Shown: positions 22,815 to 35,200 of the stretch, one piece after another
Position numbering within the stretch: the stretch's first letter is position 1
Layout: every line of letters starts with the position of its first letter
Origin: Macrostomum hystrix
Lineage: Eukaryota > Animalia > Platyhelminthes
Assembly (NCBI GenBank): GCA_950097015.1
Contig: CATNEN010000014.1
Location: 806,001-870,000 of the forward strand
Reading direction: 5' to 3'
Length of the DNA: 64,000 bases
The notes under the pieces: generated by a model
What the model was told of the DNA's origin: nothing
What the model saw: only the letters and a program-made list of their open reading frames with translations
Databases searched by the model: none
Position numbers and translations under genes: made by a program

Positions 22815-24330
22815 GCATGGCTGTCTGTTCTGGGCTGTCTGTTCTGGGGTGTCTGATCTGGGGTGTCTGTTCTGGGGTGTCTGTTCTGGGCTGTCTGTTC
22901 TGGGCTGTCTGTTCTGGGGTGTCTGATCTGGGGTGTCTGTTCTGGGGTGTCTGTTCTGGGCTGTCTGTTCTGGGCTGTCTGTTCTGGGCTGTCTGTACTG
23001 GGCTGTCTGTTCTGGGCTGTCTGTTCTGGGGTGTCTGTTCTGGGGTGTCTGTTCTGGGCTGTCTGTTCTGGGCTGTCTGTTCTGGGGTGTCTGTTCTGGG
23101 CTGTCTGTTCTGGGCTGTCTGTACTGGGCTGTCTGTTCTGGGGTGTCTGTTCTGGGGTGTCTGTTCTGGGGTGTCTGTTCTGGGCTGTCTGTTCTGGGCT
23201 GTCTGTTCTGGGGTGTCTGTTCTGGGCTGTCTGTTCTGGGCTGTCTGTTCTGGGCTGTCTGTTCTGGGGTGTCTGTTCTGGGCTGTCTGTTCTGGGCTGT
23301 CTGTACTGGGCTGTCTGTTCTGGGCTGTCTGTTCTGGGCTGTCTGTTCTGGGGTGTCTGTTCTGGGCTGTCTGTTCTGGGATGTCTGTTCTGGGGTGTCT
23401 GTTCTGGGCTGTCTGTTCTGGGCTGTATGTTCTGGGGTGTCTGTTCTGGGGTGTCTGTTCTGGGGTGTCTGATCTGGGCGGTCTGTTCTGGGGTGTCTGT
23501 TCTGGGGTGTCTGTTCTGGGGTGTCTGTTCTTGGCGTCTGTTCTGGGCTGTCTGTTCTGGGCTGTCTGTTCTAGAGTGTCTGTTCTGTGGTGTCTGCTCT
23601 GAAGTGTCTGTTCTGGGGTGTCTTTTCTGGACTGTCTGTTCTGAACTGTCTGTTCTGGGCTGTCTGTTCTGGGCTGTCTGTTCTGGGCTGTATGTTCTGG
23701 GCTGTCTGTTCTGGGCTGTCTGGGCTGTCTGTTCTGGGCTGTCTGTTCTGGGCTGTCTGTTCTGGGCTGTCTTTTCTGGGGTGTCTGTTTTGGGGTGTTT
23801 GTTCTAGGGTGTCTGTTCTGTGGTGTCTGCTCTAAAGTGTCTGTTCTGGACTGACAGTTTTAGGCTGTCTGTTCTGGTATGTCTTTTCTGACGTGTCAGT
23901 TTTGGGGTGTCTGATTTGGGTTGTGTATTTCTGGGGTGTCTGATCTGGGTGTCTTCTGAGGTGTCTGTTCTCGGGAGTCAGTTTTGCATGGCTTTCTGTT
24001 CTGGGCTGCCTGTTCTGGGCTGTCTGTTCTGGGGTGTCTGTTCTGGGGTGTCTGTTCTAGGGTGTCTGTTCTGTGGTGTCTGTTCTGTGGTGTCTGTTCT
24101 GAGGTGTGTATATCTGGGGTGTCTTTTCTGGGATGTCTGTTCTGGGCGTCTGTTCTGGGCTGTCCGTTCTAGGCTGTCTTCTGGGGCGTCTGCTCTGGGG
24201 TGCCTGCTCTAAGGCGTCTGCTCTGGGATGTCTAAACTGCATGGCTGTCTATTCTGGGCTGTCTTCTGGGTGCCTGATCTGGGGTGTCTGATCTGCATAT
24301 CTGTATGTTCTTGAGTGTCTGTTCTGGGTG
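22815..24330. repeat. 14-bp minisatellite (tgtctgttctgggc), ~100 units in A and 4 in B
   Basis: Direct tandem units; compare 37249-37305. Confidence 0.95.
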
Positions 24331-24769
24331 TCCATTCTCACCGCAGCAGGTCAGAGCAGAGTGACACAAGGCCTGGCTGAGTCACATTGCCCAACTGGGC
24401 AGTCCCAGACTCAATCGGCCACGCTGAGTAGTGGCACTGAGAGCGATGTCGCGATTTGGTGGCCTGGGATCGACTCCCCACGATTCGAACTGGGAACTCT
24501 TCAGGTCTGGAAAAGTATTTAACAAAGAGCTGCTACAAAGGGGATTGCAGCAATGGGTCGTATTCGAGCTTCATCAAAAAGTATAAAAGTGCATTTGTGC
24601 TTACCTTCTCACCGCCAGGTAGAATGAGAACCGGCGCAGCGATGGCATAGCAACAATCTCTAAGACCAAATTTCTGCCGATTTTCTGAAGCGGTAAAATC
24701 GAACTCACAATTTTGAAAACATTGAAACAATTTCAAGCCTCCGGTGTGTACCAGCTGGAACAGCCTTCT

Positions 24770-25245
24770 GTCGACAGGGGCAACCTTCTACTGATAGGGC
24801 AACCTTCCACGAACAGGGCTATCCACTGACAGGGCTACCTTCCACTGACAGGGCTACCTTCCACTGACAGGGCTACCTCCCACTGACAGGGCAACCTCCC
24901 ACTGACAGGGCAACCTCCCACTGACAGGGCTACCTTCGACAGACAGGGCTAACTTCCACTGACAGGGCTAACTTCCACTGACAGGGCAACCTTCCACTGA
25001 CAGGGCAACCTTCCACTGAAAGGGCAACCTTTCACTGACAGGGCAACCTCCCACTGACAGGGCTACCTCCCACTGACAGGGCTAACTTCCACTGACAGGG
25101 CAACCTTCCACTGACAGGGCAACCTTCCACTGAAAGGGCAACCTTTCACTGACAGGGCAACCTCCCACTGACAGGGCAACCTCCCACTGACAGGGCAACC
25201 TCCCACTGACAGGGCAACCTCCCACTGACAGGGCAACCTTCCAAT
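24770..25245. repeat. 20-bp minisatellite (ccactgacagggcaaccttc) upstream of ADAM; also ~37630-38035
   Basis: Direct tandem units. Confidence 0.9.
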
Positions 25246-26064
25246 GAGGCTCAACCACTCAAATCAACAAAGATTCATATGTAGGCTTCACCTTCTAGCC
25301 TTTTGTTGGTGCAAGATTTTAACGCAATGAGGTTAGTAACAGTACGAGTGGTGGCATTTGATGGCACAGAACATATGCATCTGTTCCAATTTGCTCATCG
25401 TTAACGATTGTGCACACTCGCTTTAATTTTAGCCCAACAATACTAAATCTCTAAAATGTTTTCTTGCTAAAAAGGTTTAGTTCAATCATTTCAGATTTTG
25501 CTTACCCGGCTTGGCTGAACTTCCTGACCATCGTTGGCCTGAAATGTTCTCATCTTGGCCAGCAAGGTTAATGGCCTGGTTGAGTCCGCTGAAATTGCAG
25601 TTGAGAAGGCTAGAAATTCAGTGGCAATCATTGCTTTTGTAGCTTTCCAGCTTGTATTTTGTAAAATATGCTCGCTAATTACTTTTGAATTGTGTTGTCA
25701 TTTCAAATAATGCATTTAAAACTGAGCACACTCAAAATAGTTAAAAGGATTGTGAGTACTCACCAATTGCGCAGTTGGAACACAGCAGGATGATAAATTT
25801 AGCTATTAATGTGATACAAAGAAGGCTATGGAGTTCACTGGCATGACTTATTGGCATGTTTACACAAAAAGTTGTAGCGATTCAACCAGTGGAATAGTCA
25901 ATCGTCAATGTATATAAAATTCCTGCAATTTGAAACCCGATGTATATAGTTTCAGGATTGGAAAGGCTCATAGACTAAAACAGCGGGCACGGAAAGTCGA
26001 TTTGTGCCCGCTGCCGGGGGATTTCGTCTATGTCCAAAGCAACGGAAATATTGCTGCAAAGCCA

Positions 26065-26215
26065 AGAAATCATTAGAGAGCTGCTATCTATTGATGCAAG
26101 GGATGGAGGGATGAGACTCAGCGGCAGAAAGCTGCGTAAAGACAATCATTCCGAACAAGTTTTGGACAAATCGAGATGAGACATTAAGAAACTTGAGCAT
26201 GTCCTTAAAGTCCGC
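26065..26215 (+). mobile_element. Diverged fragment related to the LINE at 51.4-55.6 kb
   Basis: gagactcagcggcagaaagctgcg.aaagacaatcattccgaa...ggacaaatcgagatgagac matches ~53025-53110. Confidence 0.7.
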
Positions 26216-27944
26216 TCGCACCGGCGGGACACAACGCCTGTGAGGTATGAGTCAGTCCAGGCCCACGGGCTAAGGTCTGCGATGCCTCACACCTGCGCAG
26301 TCGCTCTTTGAGCAGGCTTGGCAGGAAGCATCCCTGTGCCTTCGGGTGCAGGAATCCCTCCACGCTGTCCCGTCAGCTGATCCATGAGTACACGTGCAAC
26401 GAGTGTTCAATTAAAACTCGTTCGCCACAAATGGAAAACAACTTTTCTAATAGATCTTGATGTAACTCTTATTCGCCACTAATTGTTTCAAGCAGCTTTG
26501 TTACTTATAACTTATTACTTATAACTTATTACTTACTTATTACTTTATAACTTGGTCTGGTCGTTCAAAAAAGCAACTTCGGCTTATAACGGGTTTATGA
26601 GCGGTTTATAAGCCCCTACGATAAGAGATTTATACGAAAGCTTTCGCCGTTTTTTAATTCTGTTAGAACACAACTGCATACATTTAAAACATATTTTTTA
26701 ATCAATTTCTGTTGCAAGATACATTTTCTGGGCAAGCAAAATGTGTATATTTTAACAAAAATCATACTTTCTTTTCACCAATGACCAAAACAGTAGTCGA
26801 TAGTTTCGCCGTTTTAAAAATATAAAAAAGCGAGGCTTAATTGATGGATTTTTATTGCATTCACTTTTTCGCTAGCTTTTATTATCATATATCTGAACAT
26901 TTTGTAATGTAGGCAATAACGAGCTTCATCGGCAGCAATTTGTTTTTAAGAGTCCGGAAAGACTAAAGATAAATCTGTTAAAAACAGCTGTAAATTTTTC
27001 ATTCAACTTGATTACAAATTAATTTCTGCGCATTTTAATTATAAAACAAAAAATTCTTGCATTCTTGTATAACACTTGTTTTAGTTTTGTTTCCATGACG
27101 CAAAGCATGACCACGATTTCCAGTTTGGTTTGACTTGAAGATTATATAAAATATTATTACCTGAATTATTTAGTTCGTTTTAATTATTTTTTTCTCCTAT
27201 GTATGCATGTAATAAACTGGATGTAATGAAATATAAATGCTATTAAATTGATAATGTAACATGCTAACTGTGAAAACAGTTTTTCAATTTAAAACGTACT
27301 AATACCTTATATCATGTCTATTATACGAATATCGTAATTCTAATAAGAATTGTTTGTTTGATTCCTTGATGATTCTTTATATAAATGTAGTCCTGTATTA
27401 TAATTTAAACGGGCTTACTTAAACTCGTAGTTGCAATTCTTGCGCGGCAAAAAGTTGTTGTATAATTGGCTAGTCTCGATTGCAGTAATAGTCCAGTAGG
27501 CCAATTAATAAGAAATGTGCATTATTAAGTAGTAAAATACCGATTGTTAGTTGTCATATTATTATGCAGATTTTTTTATAAATTAATCATTTTGTTCATT
27601 GTAGTGGCTGTCTAGTTGTTTTAGAATATTTACAACTGTATTTACCATATTGCCATGTTGTTTTTGGCCCTGTCTTATTAAAAAAGGATAATATATGCCA
27701 ATTGTTGCTAATGCTAATTGGCCATGAGCGACTAAATTATATTAACAGTATAATACAGGAAACATGTAATACTTTTCTCTGGTAAAGCGATAATTTATTT
27801 TATAATTTTCACTTTTAGTTCACTTCATAAAAATACTCTAGTGGAAATTTAGCCAGACTAAAAATAAAAAACTTTAAAAAGATCGCATTTTTCCTTTCTC
27901 ACTGCTCTAAGTTAATTGGCTTCACTATTCATCTACAGATTCAT

Positions 27945-28203
27945 TAACTAATTCATCAACAGAATTATCAACAGATTCATCAACAGATTCATCAACTGAT
28001 TCATCAACTGATTCATCAACTGATTCATCAACTGATTCATCAACAGATTCATCAACTGATTTATCAACTGATTCATCAACTGATTCATCAACTCATTCAT
28101 CAACAGATTCATCAACAGAATTATCAACTGATTCATCAACAGATTCATCAACAGAATTATCAACAGATTCATCAACTAATTCATCAACAGATTCATCAAC
28201 TGA
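27945..28203. repeat. 12-bp satellite (attcatcaactg)
   Basis: Direct tandem units. Confidence 0.9.
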
Positions 28204-28268
28204 TGTACTCATCTAATCTACTCCACTCTACTCTATTAGCAGATCTAATCTACTCATTCCTTCCCTTC

Positions 28269-28577
28269 TCATTTTTCTTTAGCAATTTTCCCCATCTCTT
28301 GTGGATGTGCTCTGTCATTGCCAGCCTTCACAGCTGATGCAACTCCACCGGCTACACCTCCTGCAGCACCAAGAGCACCTGCGATGATGGGGATGAGTGT
28401 TAGCAAAGGAAGAATCCCGCCTGTCTTCTCATCAGTGTTATTGTGTGTTTGATTGTTACAATGGATTTGATATTGAATTGGATCTACTTTCACTGTCGTA
28501 CCTTTAATTTGCACAACACCGGGTTTCTTAGAGTCGATAATTCTGTTGATTTTATTTACTGTTTTGGTTTCAATCAT
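28269..28577 (-). CDS. Polinton/adintovirus-type small core protein with an adenovirus pX-like GG-LP-LIPIIA motif
   Basis: GGILPLLTLIPIIAGALGAAGGVAGGVASAV resembles adenoviral pX GGFLPALIPIIAAAIGA; adjacent to a Polinton integrase. Confidence 0.6.
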   Translation of the reverse strand: MIETKTVNKINRIIDSKKPGVVQIKGTTVKVDPIQYQIHCNNQTHNNTDEKTGGILPLLTLIPIIAGALGAAGGVAGGVASAVKAGNDRAHPQEMGKIAKEK

Positions 28578-28611
28578 TTTATTTAAACAATTTTAACGAA
28601 TTTCTGAATCA

Positions 28612-30040
28612 TGTGGAATCACAGTCTTTTTCTAGCCCTTCAGGTAAGTAAAGGAAGCGAACGAATTCAAAGTTAGTAAGAATTTCTGGAGAATATAGTC
28701 CTGCTTATTTAGGAAATGGTGACTGACTACTTTTAGTTGTGTTATTAGTATCAAGTAGGCGGTCTTGCTTAATTGCTGTAGAAGGCTTTGGTCCAGGCAC
28801 TTCTATATATAGCAATTTGGACTGGCGACGAAAATAAAACGGTGCCCCGGTTATACGCTAGTGTGGCAAGGCATTTGGGTCTAGCTAAAAAATCTATGTT
28901 ATCTGTTTTCGAGTTGAAGGGGGAAACAGGAGGGTTGGGAAGGGGCGGGTGGGGAAGGGGGTAGGAGAGTGGGGTCAGGGGGGCCTGTACATTCCAGGAA
29001 ATGTACAGGCTTGGATGTTCAAGCATTGCGGAAGAGTATATAATGCCTTACATCTGCCTGGCAGAAGATTTTACCGTCACCGATGGAGCCAACGGACTAC
29101 CACTGAAATCAAGCTTGTTTAGCGACCTACTGTCTGAAGGCAAGGCTTCGACTCTCAGTCAGCTGTTGAATCTCATGTCGAGAATCAAGAACTGGGCTGA
29201 GGATTTCAGCAAGACCGAGTCGGCACCTGAAGCCAAGGCTTCCAGTCTGTTGGATGCGGTGCAGGATCTTTTGGAGGAGGCAAAAGGGCTAACGGAAAAT
29301 CGTACCGTAGGTTTTGCCTTGAAGCAGCTGAAGTTAAGCAGGAAGCCTTTGCGTTCCAGGAGGTACTCCGAGGATCTCGTTGTGTTCTCCTACCTGATCT
29401 ACTCCACCAGTGCTTCAGCATACAAGAACATGCTTGATCAAGATGCCATCGGCCTTCCATCTGATCGCACGCTGAGGTCCATCACTGCTCGAGTTGGATC
29501 TTCAAGCGGCCTGGATATCGAGGGCTACCTTGCTCTGAGAGCTTCTAAGCTGTCTCAGCCGGAGATTGCTATATATAGAAGTCCCTGCTTTAGTCCAGTC
29601 ATTCGAGAAATTTCATTATTGAGTTGATTTATTACAGCTGGGAGCCGGTCTGCCCACTTGGTATAGTATTGGCCACTGTTTAGTTTCAGCTGTTCAGCTG
29701 TCTGCTTTGTGAAAAGTCTCTTTGCTAAAGTTAGATTGAATTTTTCAACAAAAGCCTGCAGTCTCTATGGAGCTCAGTTCTTCCGTAGCGTATTTTCGCA
29801 TTGTTCTTTTCCATCTAGCTTTTAACTGCCCCCATGAATTCTTTGCCGGGATCAGTCATAAAGGTTTGGGGTATGTGAGTGAGCGGAGAGTTTTTGTAAA
29901 TGTCTCGGAGGGCAGCTGCAACAGCTGCATCTGATTTCTTAGTCTTAAGTGGTCTCGCATCTTTGTATCTGGAGGCAATGTCTATAACTGTGAGCGCATA
30001 CTTGTAGCCTGAGTCATTGGGGAGAAACAGCTAGAAGGTT
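28612..30040 (-). pseudogene. Polinton/Maverick retroviral-type integrase, interrupted by a P-like element
   Basis: Hand translation: GYKYALTVIDIASRYKDARPLKTK...MTDPGKEFMG...INQLNNEISRMTGLK|PSTAI...VRFLYLPEG; several stops. Confidence 0.85.
28794..29587 (+). mobile_element. Non-autonomous P-element-like transposon with a transposase fragment
   Basis: TIRs CAGG(C/G)ACTTCTATATATAGCAAT; 8-bp TSD ctttggtc/ctttagtc; ORF part RRYSEDLVVFSYLIYSTSASAYKNM...LPSDRTLR resembles the P/THAP9 transposase N-terminal region. Confidence 0.8.
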
Positions 30041-30328
30041 CAGAGCATTATCGAGTAGAGTCGCGTTGTTGTTCTTGTGTTGAGGTTATCGAGATTTTGT
30101 TAAGTGAGTTACCAGTGCGAATTGTGAATTGAATATTGAATTGAATCAAGTACAGTACCTGGCAGGGGAATTAATCGTTCATTGCTTTCTCTTGTTAACT
30201 AATTAACACTTAAATATCAGCTGTTTAGCTTGGGCTTTTGAATCGTCTTGTCTTCGTTATTTTCGAGTTACGGCAATAGAGTCTCTCGCAAAGAGTAGGA
30301 CACCCGACCTCATTTAGGAATCTCAACG

Positions 30329-32013
30329 AGTAGTAGGAGTTAGCAGAACCCTGCCGACACTGCGGAGATAGGAGGCTATCTCGCCAGTGTATTTTGGAGT
30401 GTGGAGGGGCGCCGAAAATCTCAGAACAGAGGAGGAATGGGATAGGAGGAAAGCATTGGGGTGGGGTGGGGTGTGTCGTCCAATCCGAGACTGGAGGGTG
30501 TAGAGGCATGGGGTTGGTGGGTGCCTGTGTCACAGTGCAGGGATGAACTGATGGGATGCCGGCCTATCTGCTATAGCAGAACCCTGCCGACACTGCGGAG
30601 ATAGGAGGTTGCCCGGCAGTGTATTTTGGAGTTTGGAGGGGCGCCGACAATCTCAGAACAGAGGAGGAATGAGATAGGAGGAAAGCATTGGGGTAAGTGT
30701 AGGGTGTGGCGTCTAATCCTACTTACCTACATATCTAGTTTAAGCTCCATCACAGGACAAACACCCACCCCAACTCTAGCCAATCAGAATCGAGCACACA
30801 TTTTGGATGGTATATAACCCCTCAAAAATCGTTAGGAAAGGAGCAAGTTTTCTCAGCTCGTAATTTTTCTGATCTTAGCTTTTGACATTAGCTAGCGATG
30901 GACATCTGCGACGGTTGTAAGATTCAGATTCAAGAGTACGAAGGCTTGAAGTACATAGCGATAAGAAAGTTCTACCGCCACGGCAGCACTGCAAGTCTGA
31001 AACCTGGCGTCCCTGGCTTCAACCTGAATGTTTGCCAATGGGAAAAGCTGAAGCAACTGAAGCGGTCGCTCGTAGTGTCTGCTCTCAAAAGCGAGTGCAA
31101 GGTGGTGAAACTAGGCTTTGATAAGTTTATCGAAGTCAGGGATGGCATCATCTGGCTCAAGCGGCTGCCTGAGGACTGCTGCGAGGAGTTCATGAAGCGT
31201 AACGCCGTACCGCTGACCCCACCGCTGTGGAAGAAGCTGTGGCACAACGCATCATGGATATAGACGGCCAGTTGTCAGCTCCCTTCAAGGACATGCGGAC
31301 GAAGTACGAGCTGGAGTCAGATGAGGAAGAGCAGGACACGAAGCCCGTCCTGGAGGCCGAGAAACCTGAAGGCAATGGTGGAGACGAAGACGAGATCGGC
31401 TCGCCTAGAATGCTGCAGATCGACAACGAGGCTGCCACATCCACGCCGCTTCCCGTGGCTAGCGCTGGGGATGGACGGATCCCGTCTCGGGACTCGGACT
31501 TGCGGGAGGTTTTCATTTGAAAAATACTGCGCGGCGGCGTCGGCAGGGTTCTGCAAACAGATAGGCCGACACCCCATCTGTATATTCCCATGCCTCCTAT
31601 CTCCACAGTGTCGGCTGTGTCCTCTGCTGTGGAATAGGCAGCGCCTATAGGCAGAGCAATGGAAAGTGTGGCAAACTAGCGAAAACAAAACGCATACAGA
31701 TTTGCCAGGCATCCCATCTTTGTATTCCCGTGCCTCCTATCTCCACAGTGTCGGCAGGGTTCTGCTATAGCAGGTAGGCCGGCATCCCATCAGTTCATCC
31801 CTGCACTGTATACACAGGCACCCACCCACCCCATGCCTCCCCACCCTCCAGTCTCGGATTGGACGACACACCCCACCCCACCCCAATGCTTTCCTCCTAT
31901 CCCATTACTCCTCTGTTCTGCGATTTTCGGCGCCCCTCCACAATCCAAAATACACTGGCGAGATAGCCTCCTATCTCCGCAGTGTCGGCAGGGTTCTGCT
32001 AACTCCTACTACT
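30329..32013. mobile_element. Mini-Polinton (non-autonomous Maverick), 1685 bp
   Basis: AGTAGTAG...CTACTACT termini, ~280-bp TIRs, 6-bp TSD TCAACG; single-copy empty site at 60367-60372. Confidence 0.9.
30898..31263 (+). CDS. PC4-like (ssDNA-binding) domain protein
   Basis: YIAIRKFY...LKPGVPGFNLNVCQWEKL fits the PC4 IR-x-Y...PG-x-KG-x-L...W pattern; possible second degenerate repeat. Confidence 0.65.
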   Translation: MDICDGCKIQIQEYEGLKYIAIRKFYRHGSTASLKPGVPGFNLNVCQWEKLKQLKRSLVVSALKSECKVVKLGFDKFIEVRDGIIWLKRLPEDCCEEFMKRNAVPLTPPLWKKLWHNASWI

Positions 32014-32234
32014 TCAACGCAAAGAGAGACCTAAGTCAAAATATCAGAAGCGCATACAATCCTGAGCCGAGGCCGGACAACGGAATTTTGCGTCACATTG
32101 AAAGTTTCCATAACTGAAAAACGAGCGAACATTTCTATTCAACGTCATTTGTCCTTCAAAACATTAGAATTGCATTTGAGTCATTGCATTGTTTGCAAAA
32201 TTTAAAGGCTGCATTTTCAGACTAAGGCTGTGAC

Positions 32235-35200
32235 CTAGTAGACGGTGACTGCGGCGGCTGCCAAGCTGGCCAGGCTTACCAGGATGGCGGCGGAAACTCC
32301 GCCAGTTCTCTGGCCGTCACTAAACGGTCCGGGCGGACCGCTGTCGATGCTGCCACCGTTGCCGGCCAATTGGCAGTCGGGCGGGGCGAATCCTGGCGGA
32401 CAGTGGCAGTGGCCGCGCGAGTTCACGGTGCCACCGTTTTGGCAGGTGACATTGCCAGCCACAGCGGCTCGGTTACGAATCTCCGAGGCGGATTGGCAAG
32501 TACTGTTGAAGCACATTTGCTCGCCGGTACGGTTTCCGCAACGCGCACCGTCTGGCACTCGATCGGGCGGCCCGGGTACCCGCGGATGGTAGCCGCAAAT
32601 GGCATTGCCGCAAGGTTCTGGACCTGTCCCGGTTATATCCGGAACGCAGTTCGCCAAATTCTCAATCGGGTGCACAAAGGTGCCGCACGTTACCATATCA
32701 CATTCCTTGCTTTTTTTCGGGCACCAGGAACTCTGCAAGCAGTGGAGAAGTGTGATGTGTTGCTAAAAAGTGAACTAGAAAGCGAATCGGAATCGCTCAG
32801 GAAGAGACACAATAAATAGTGAGGTGAGCTTGACGGCTGACTTAAAAGGCAGTCAATATCGTTTTGCAGGAAAATAAGCAATTCAATCAAAGTGAATAAA
32901 AAGGGTTAGTAGTTTTAAGAGTTTCCGAGAATGAGGGAATTCCTCTGACTCACGGCATCCCGTGCCGTCGGTCCCCAGAGTAACTGACACTGAGTCTGGG
33001 CGGAGCCGCACAGACCGTTGGCGCAGAAGTTGTTGCCGCACGGTGTCCCGTCTCTGGCAGCGAAATCGGCAGGGCAGGTTGAGTCGACGCCGTTACAGAA
33101 TTCCGGCAGGTCGCATTGTCCTTTGGCGGCGCGGCAAACGGTGCCAGTCGGGTGCGGCTGACAGACCGTCAAGTCGCAGCAGCGCCCCGCGGCGCAGGCA
33201 GCGGATTCGGCCAGCTTGCAGGAGGTGGCGTTGCAGCAGTCGTTGCCTCTGTGAAACGATTGGTGAGCAGATAACTAACGACTTGTTTGCTACCTCTGAC
33301 ACAAAGCTCGAGACTTTGGATCTTCTTAGTTACGAAATAGATGAAAGAGTTGTAGAAAAAAGAATCGATATTGCACGAAATTCACTTGGCACCGCCGAAG
33401 CTATTCTACAACGTGGGATTCTACAACGTAATTAATAGGTGAAAGTAATTCTAACCTGAGTTGTTCGGCAGCCAAGTGAAAAGTGAAGAATCCCAAGATT
33501 GGGTCAGATTCAAGAAGTCAAATCCCAGTTGACTGAGTACCCTGACCTACTCATCCCCTAGAACGCCACGACAACCGGCCTCGCCGCCACAGTCGCAGTC
33601 CTCGCCGTCTTCCAGAAGGCCGTTGCCACAGACCGCTGTTGGCCAATCCCGGGCTACTGGCAGGCGAAGCCCGCCCGGATAGTCAGCCTCTGGTCTCGGC
33701 CACAGCAGGCAGTGACGGACGCCGGAATCCAGGAAGTTCTTCAGGGCTTTCTTTGAGCATTCCGACCAGCCGATGTTGTGCCACTTGCTGCGATTCAGCG
33801 TTTTGGGGTGCATCATGCAGTCCTCATTGGAGTCGTAACAATAGCAGGGGCCTTGGTATTTGTTATCGTAGTCGACGCCAAGGTTGTATGCCAGGTTCTG
33901 TGTCATTATCACCCCGGTGGTGTCGAAGTCGCTGGACGAATGAGACTGGCGTGGGCAGTCGGAGATATTCGTAATATATTCAATATTTTTATGTGAACCC
34001 AGATTTGGGAGCCTGCGGAGCAGTGAGTAGGGAAACTGGGAACAGAGATTAGGGAGACTGGGAACAGAGAGTAGGGAGACTGGGAACAGAGATTAGGGAG
34101 ACTCGGGAACAGAGAGTAGGGAGACTGGGGAACCCAGTATAGGGAGGCTGGTGGGATAGATTTTGGGGAGGCTGTGGGATAAAGAATTGGGAGACTGGAG
34201 ATCCAGCGAGGAATTGAAAGAGAGGGTACTGGTCTCCCAATTCATTTTAATGTAGGGATTAGTGTCCTCTGCTGGAAGCCAGTTTGCTAGTTACTTACGA
34301 CGGTAAAACCACTGCACTCTCTCCATTTGCACATGCTATTCTTAGTGGCTGCGCCTCCGTAGCTGTTGGTGTTGTACCTTTTGCCTCTAAAATTTGAGTA
34401 GATAAAGGTTTTTCTATAATTTTTGTCAATGCAGACGTAATTTTTTTCCGACAGAAGTGTCTAGTAGATGGGAGTCTACTCGAGATGAATGAGAGTCTGG
34501 TAGGTTAAAGTATTGTCCATAAGAGAGTCTGGTAGACTGGAATCTTTTGGATCAGAGAGTCTGGTAGACTGGAGTCTTTTGGATCAGAGAGTCTGGTAGA
34601 CTGGAGTCTTTTGGATCAGAGTGTCTGGTAGACTGGACTCTTTTGGATCAGAGAGTCTGGTAGACTGGAGTCTTTTGGATCAGAGAGTCTGGTAGACTGG
34701 ACTCTTTTGGATCAGAGTGTCTGGTAGACTGGACTCTTTTGGATCAGAGAGTCATTATCAATAAGATAGGTGTCTTTTGTAAGTATTGTGTAGTCTTGTA
34801 AGTCTTTTGTAGAAGGCAATGTGCTATCGGCTGTGGTCTTGCACATAGACACGGAGCACTCAAGGCTATCCAATCAGCTCACGAAAGTACGTGCACACAG
34901 TCGTAGTCCGTGAGATAGAAACTCGGCGTTGCTTTTATATATTTATTCACTAATTCCAGCATGTCCTCTACAGTACTAAAGTGGAATTTGGCGAAACTGA
35001 AGTCAGGAACTGTACGGCTTGTGTGAATTTCCAGCGCGCTGACTACTACGTAGATGTCGAAGCGGCGAAATAACTGCAGAAATAGCGATAAAAATGCCTC
35101 TTATACTGCTTTCAGTACAGTGCGAAAAACAAACTGCAGCTTTATTTATCCATAATATTTTATTTAGAATTTTTTAAGAGTGTAAAAATATAAAATGTAT

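Larger units (their letters stand above)
12360..24648 (-). pseudogene. ADAM-family (non-catalytic) gene copy A, multi-exon; probably disrupted
   Basis: GT-AG exons 12360-12857, 13079-13373, 14287-14684, 15089-15170, 15513-15629, 21832-21945 (furin-like RHRR), ~22450-22800, and tentative 5' exons to 24648; in-frame TAG at 22523 where copy B is open. Confidence 0.75.

Noticed and set aside
22808-24291. Cys-rich VCSGLSVLGCLFW ORFs
   Set aside because: Translation of the 14-bp minisatellite, antisense to the ADAM gene
29001-29627. Complete 208-aa P transposase gene
   Set aside because: No DDE core; the ORF runs through the right TIR into the target DNA
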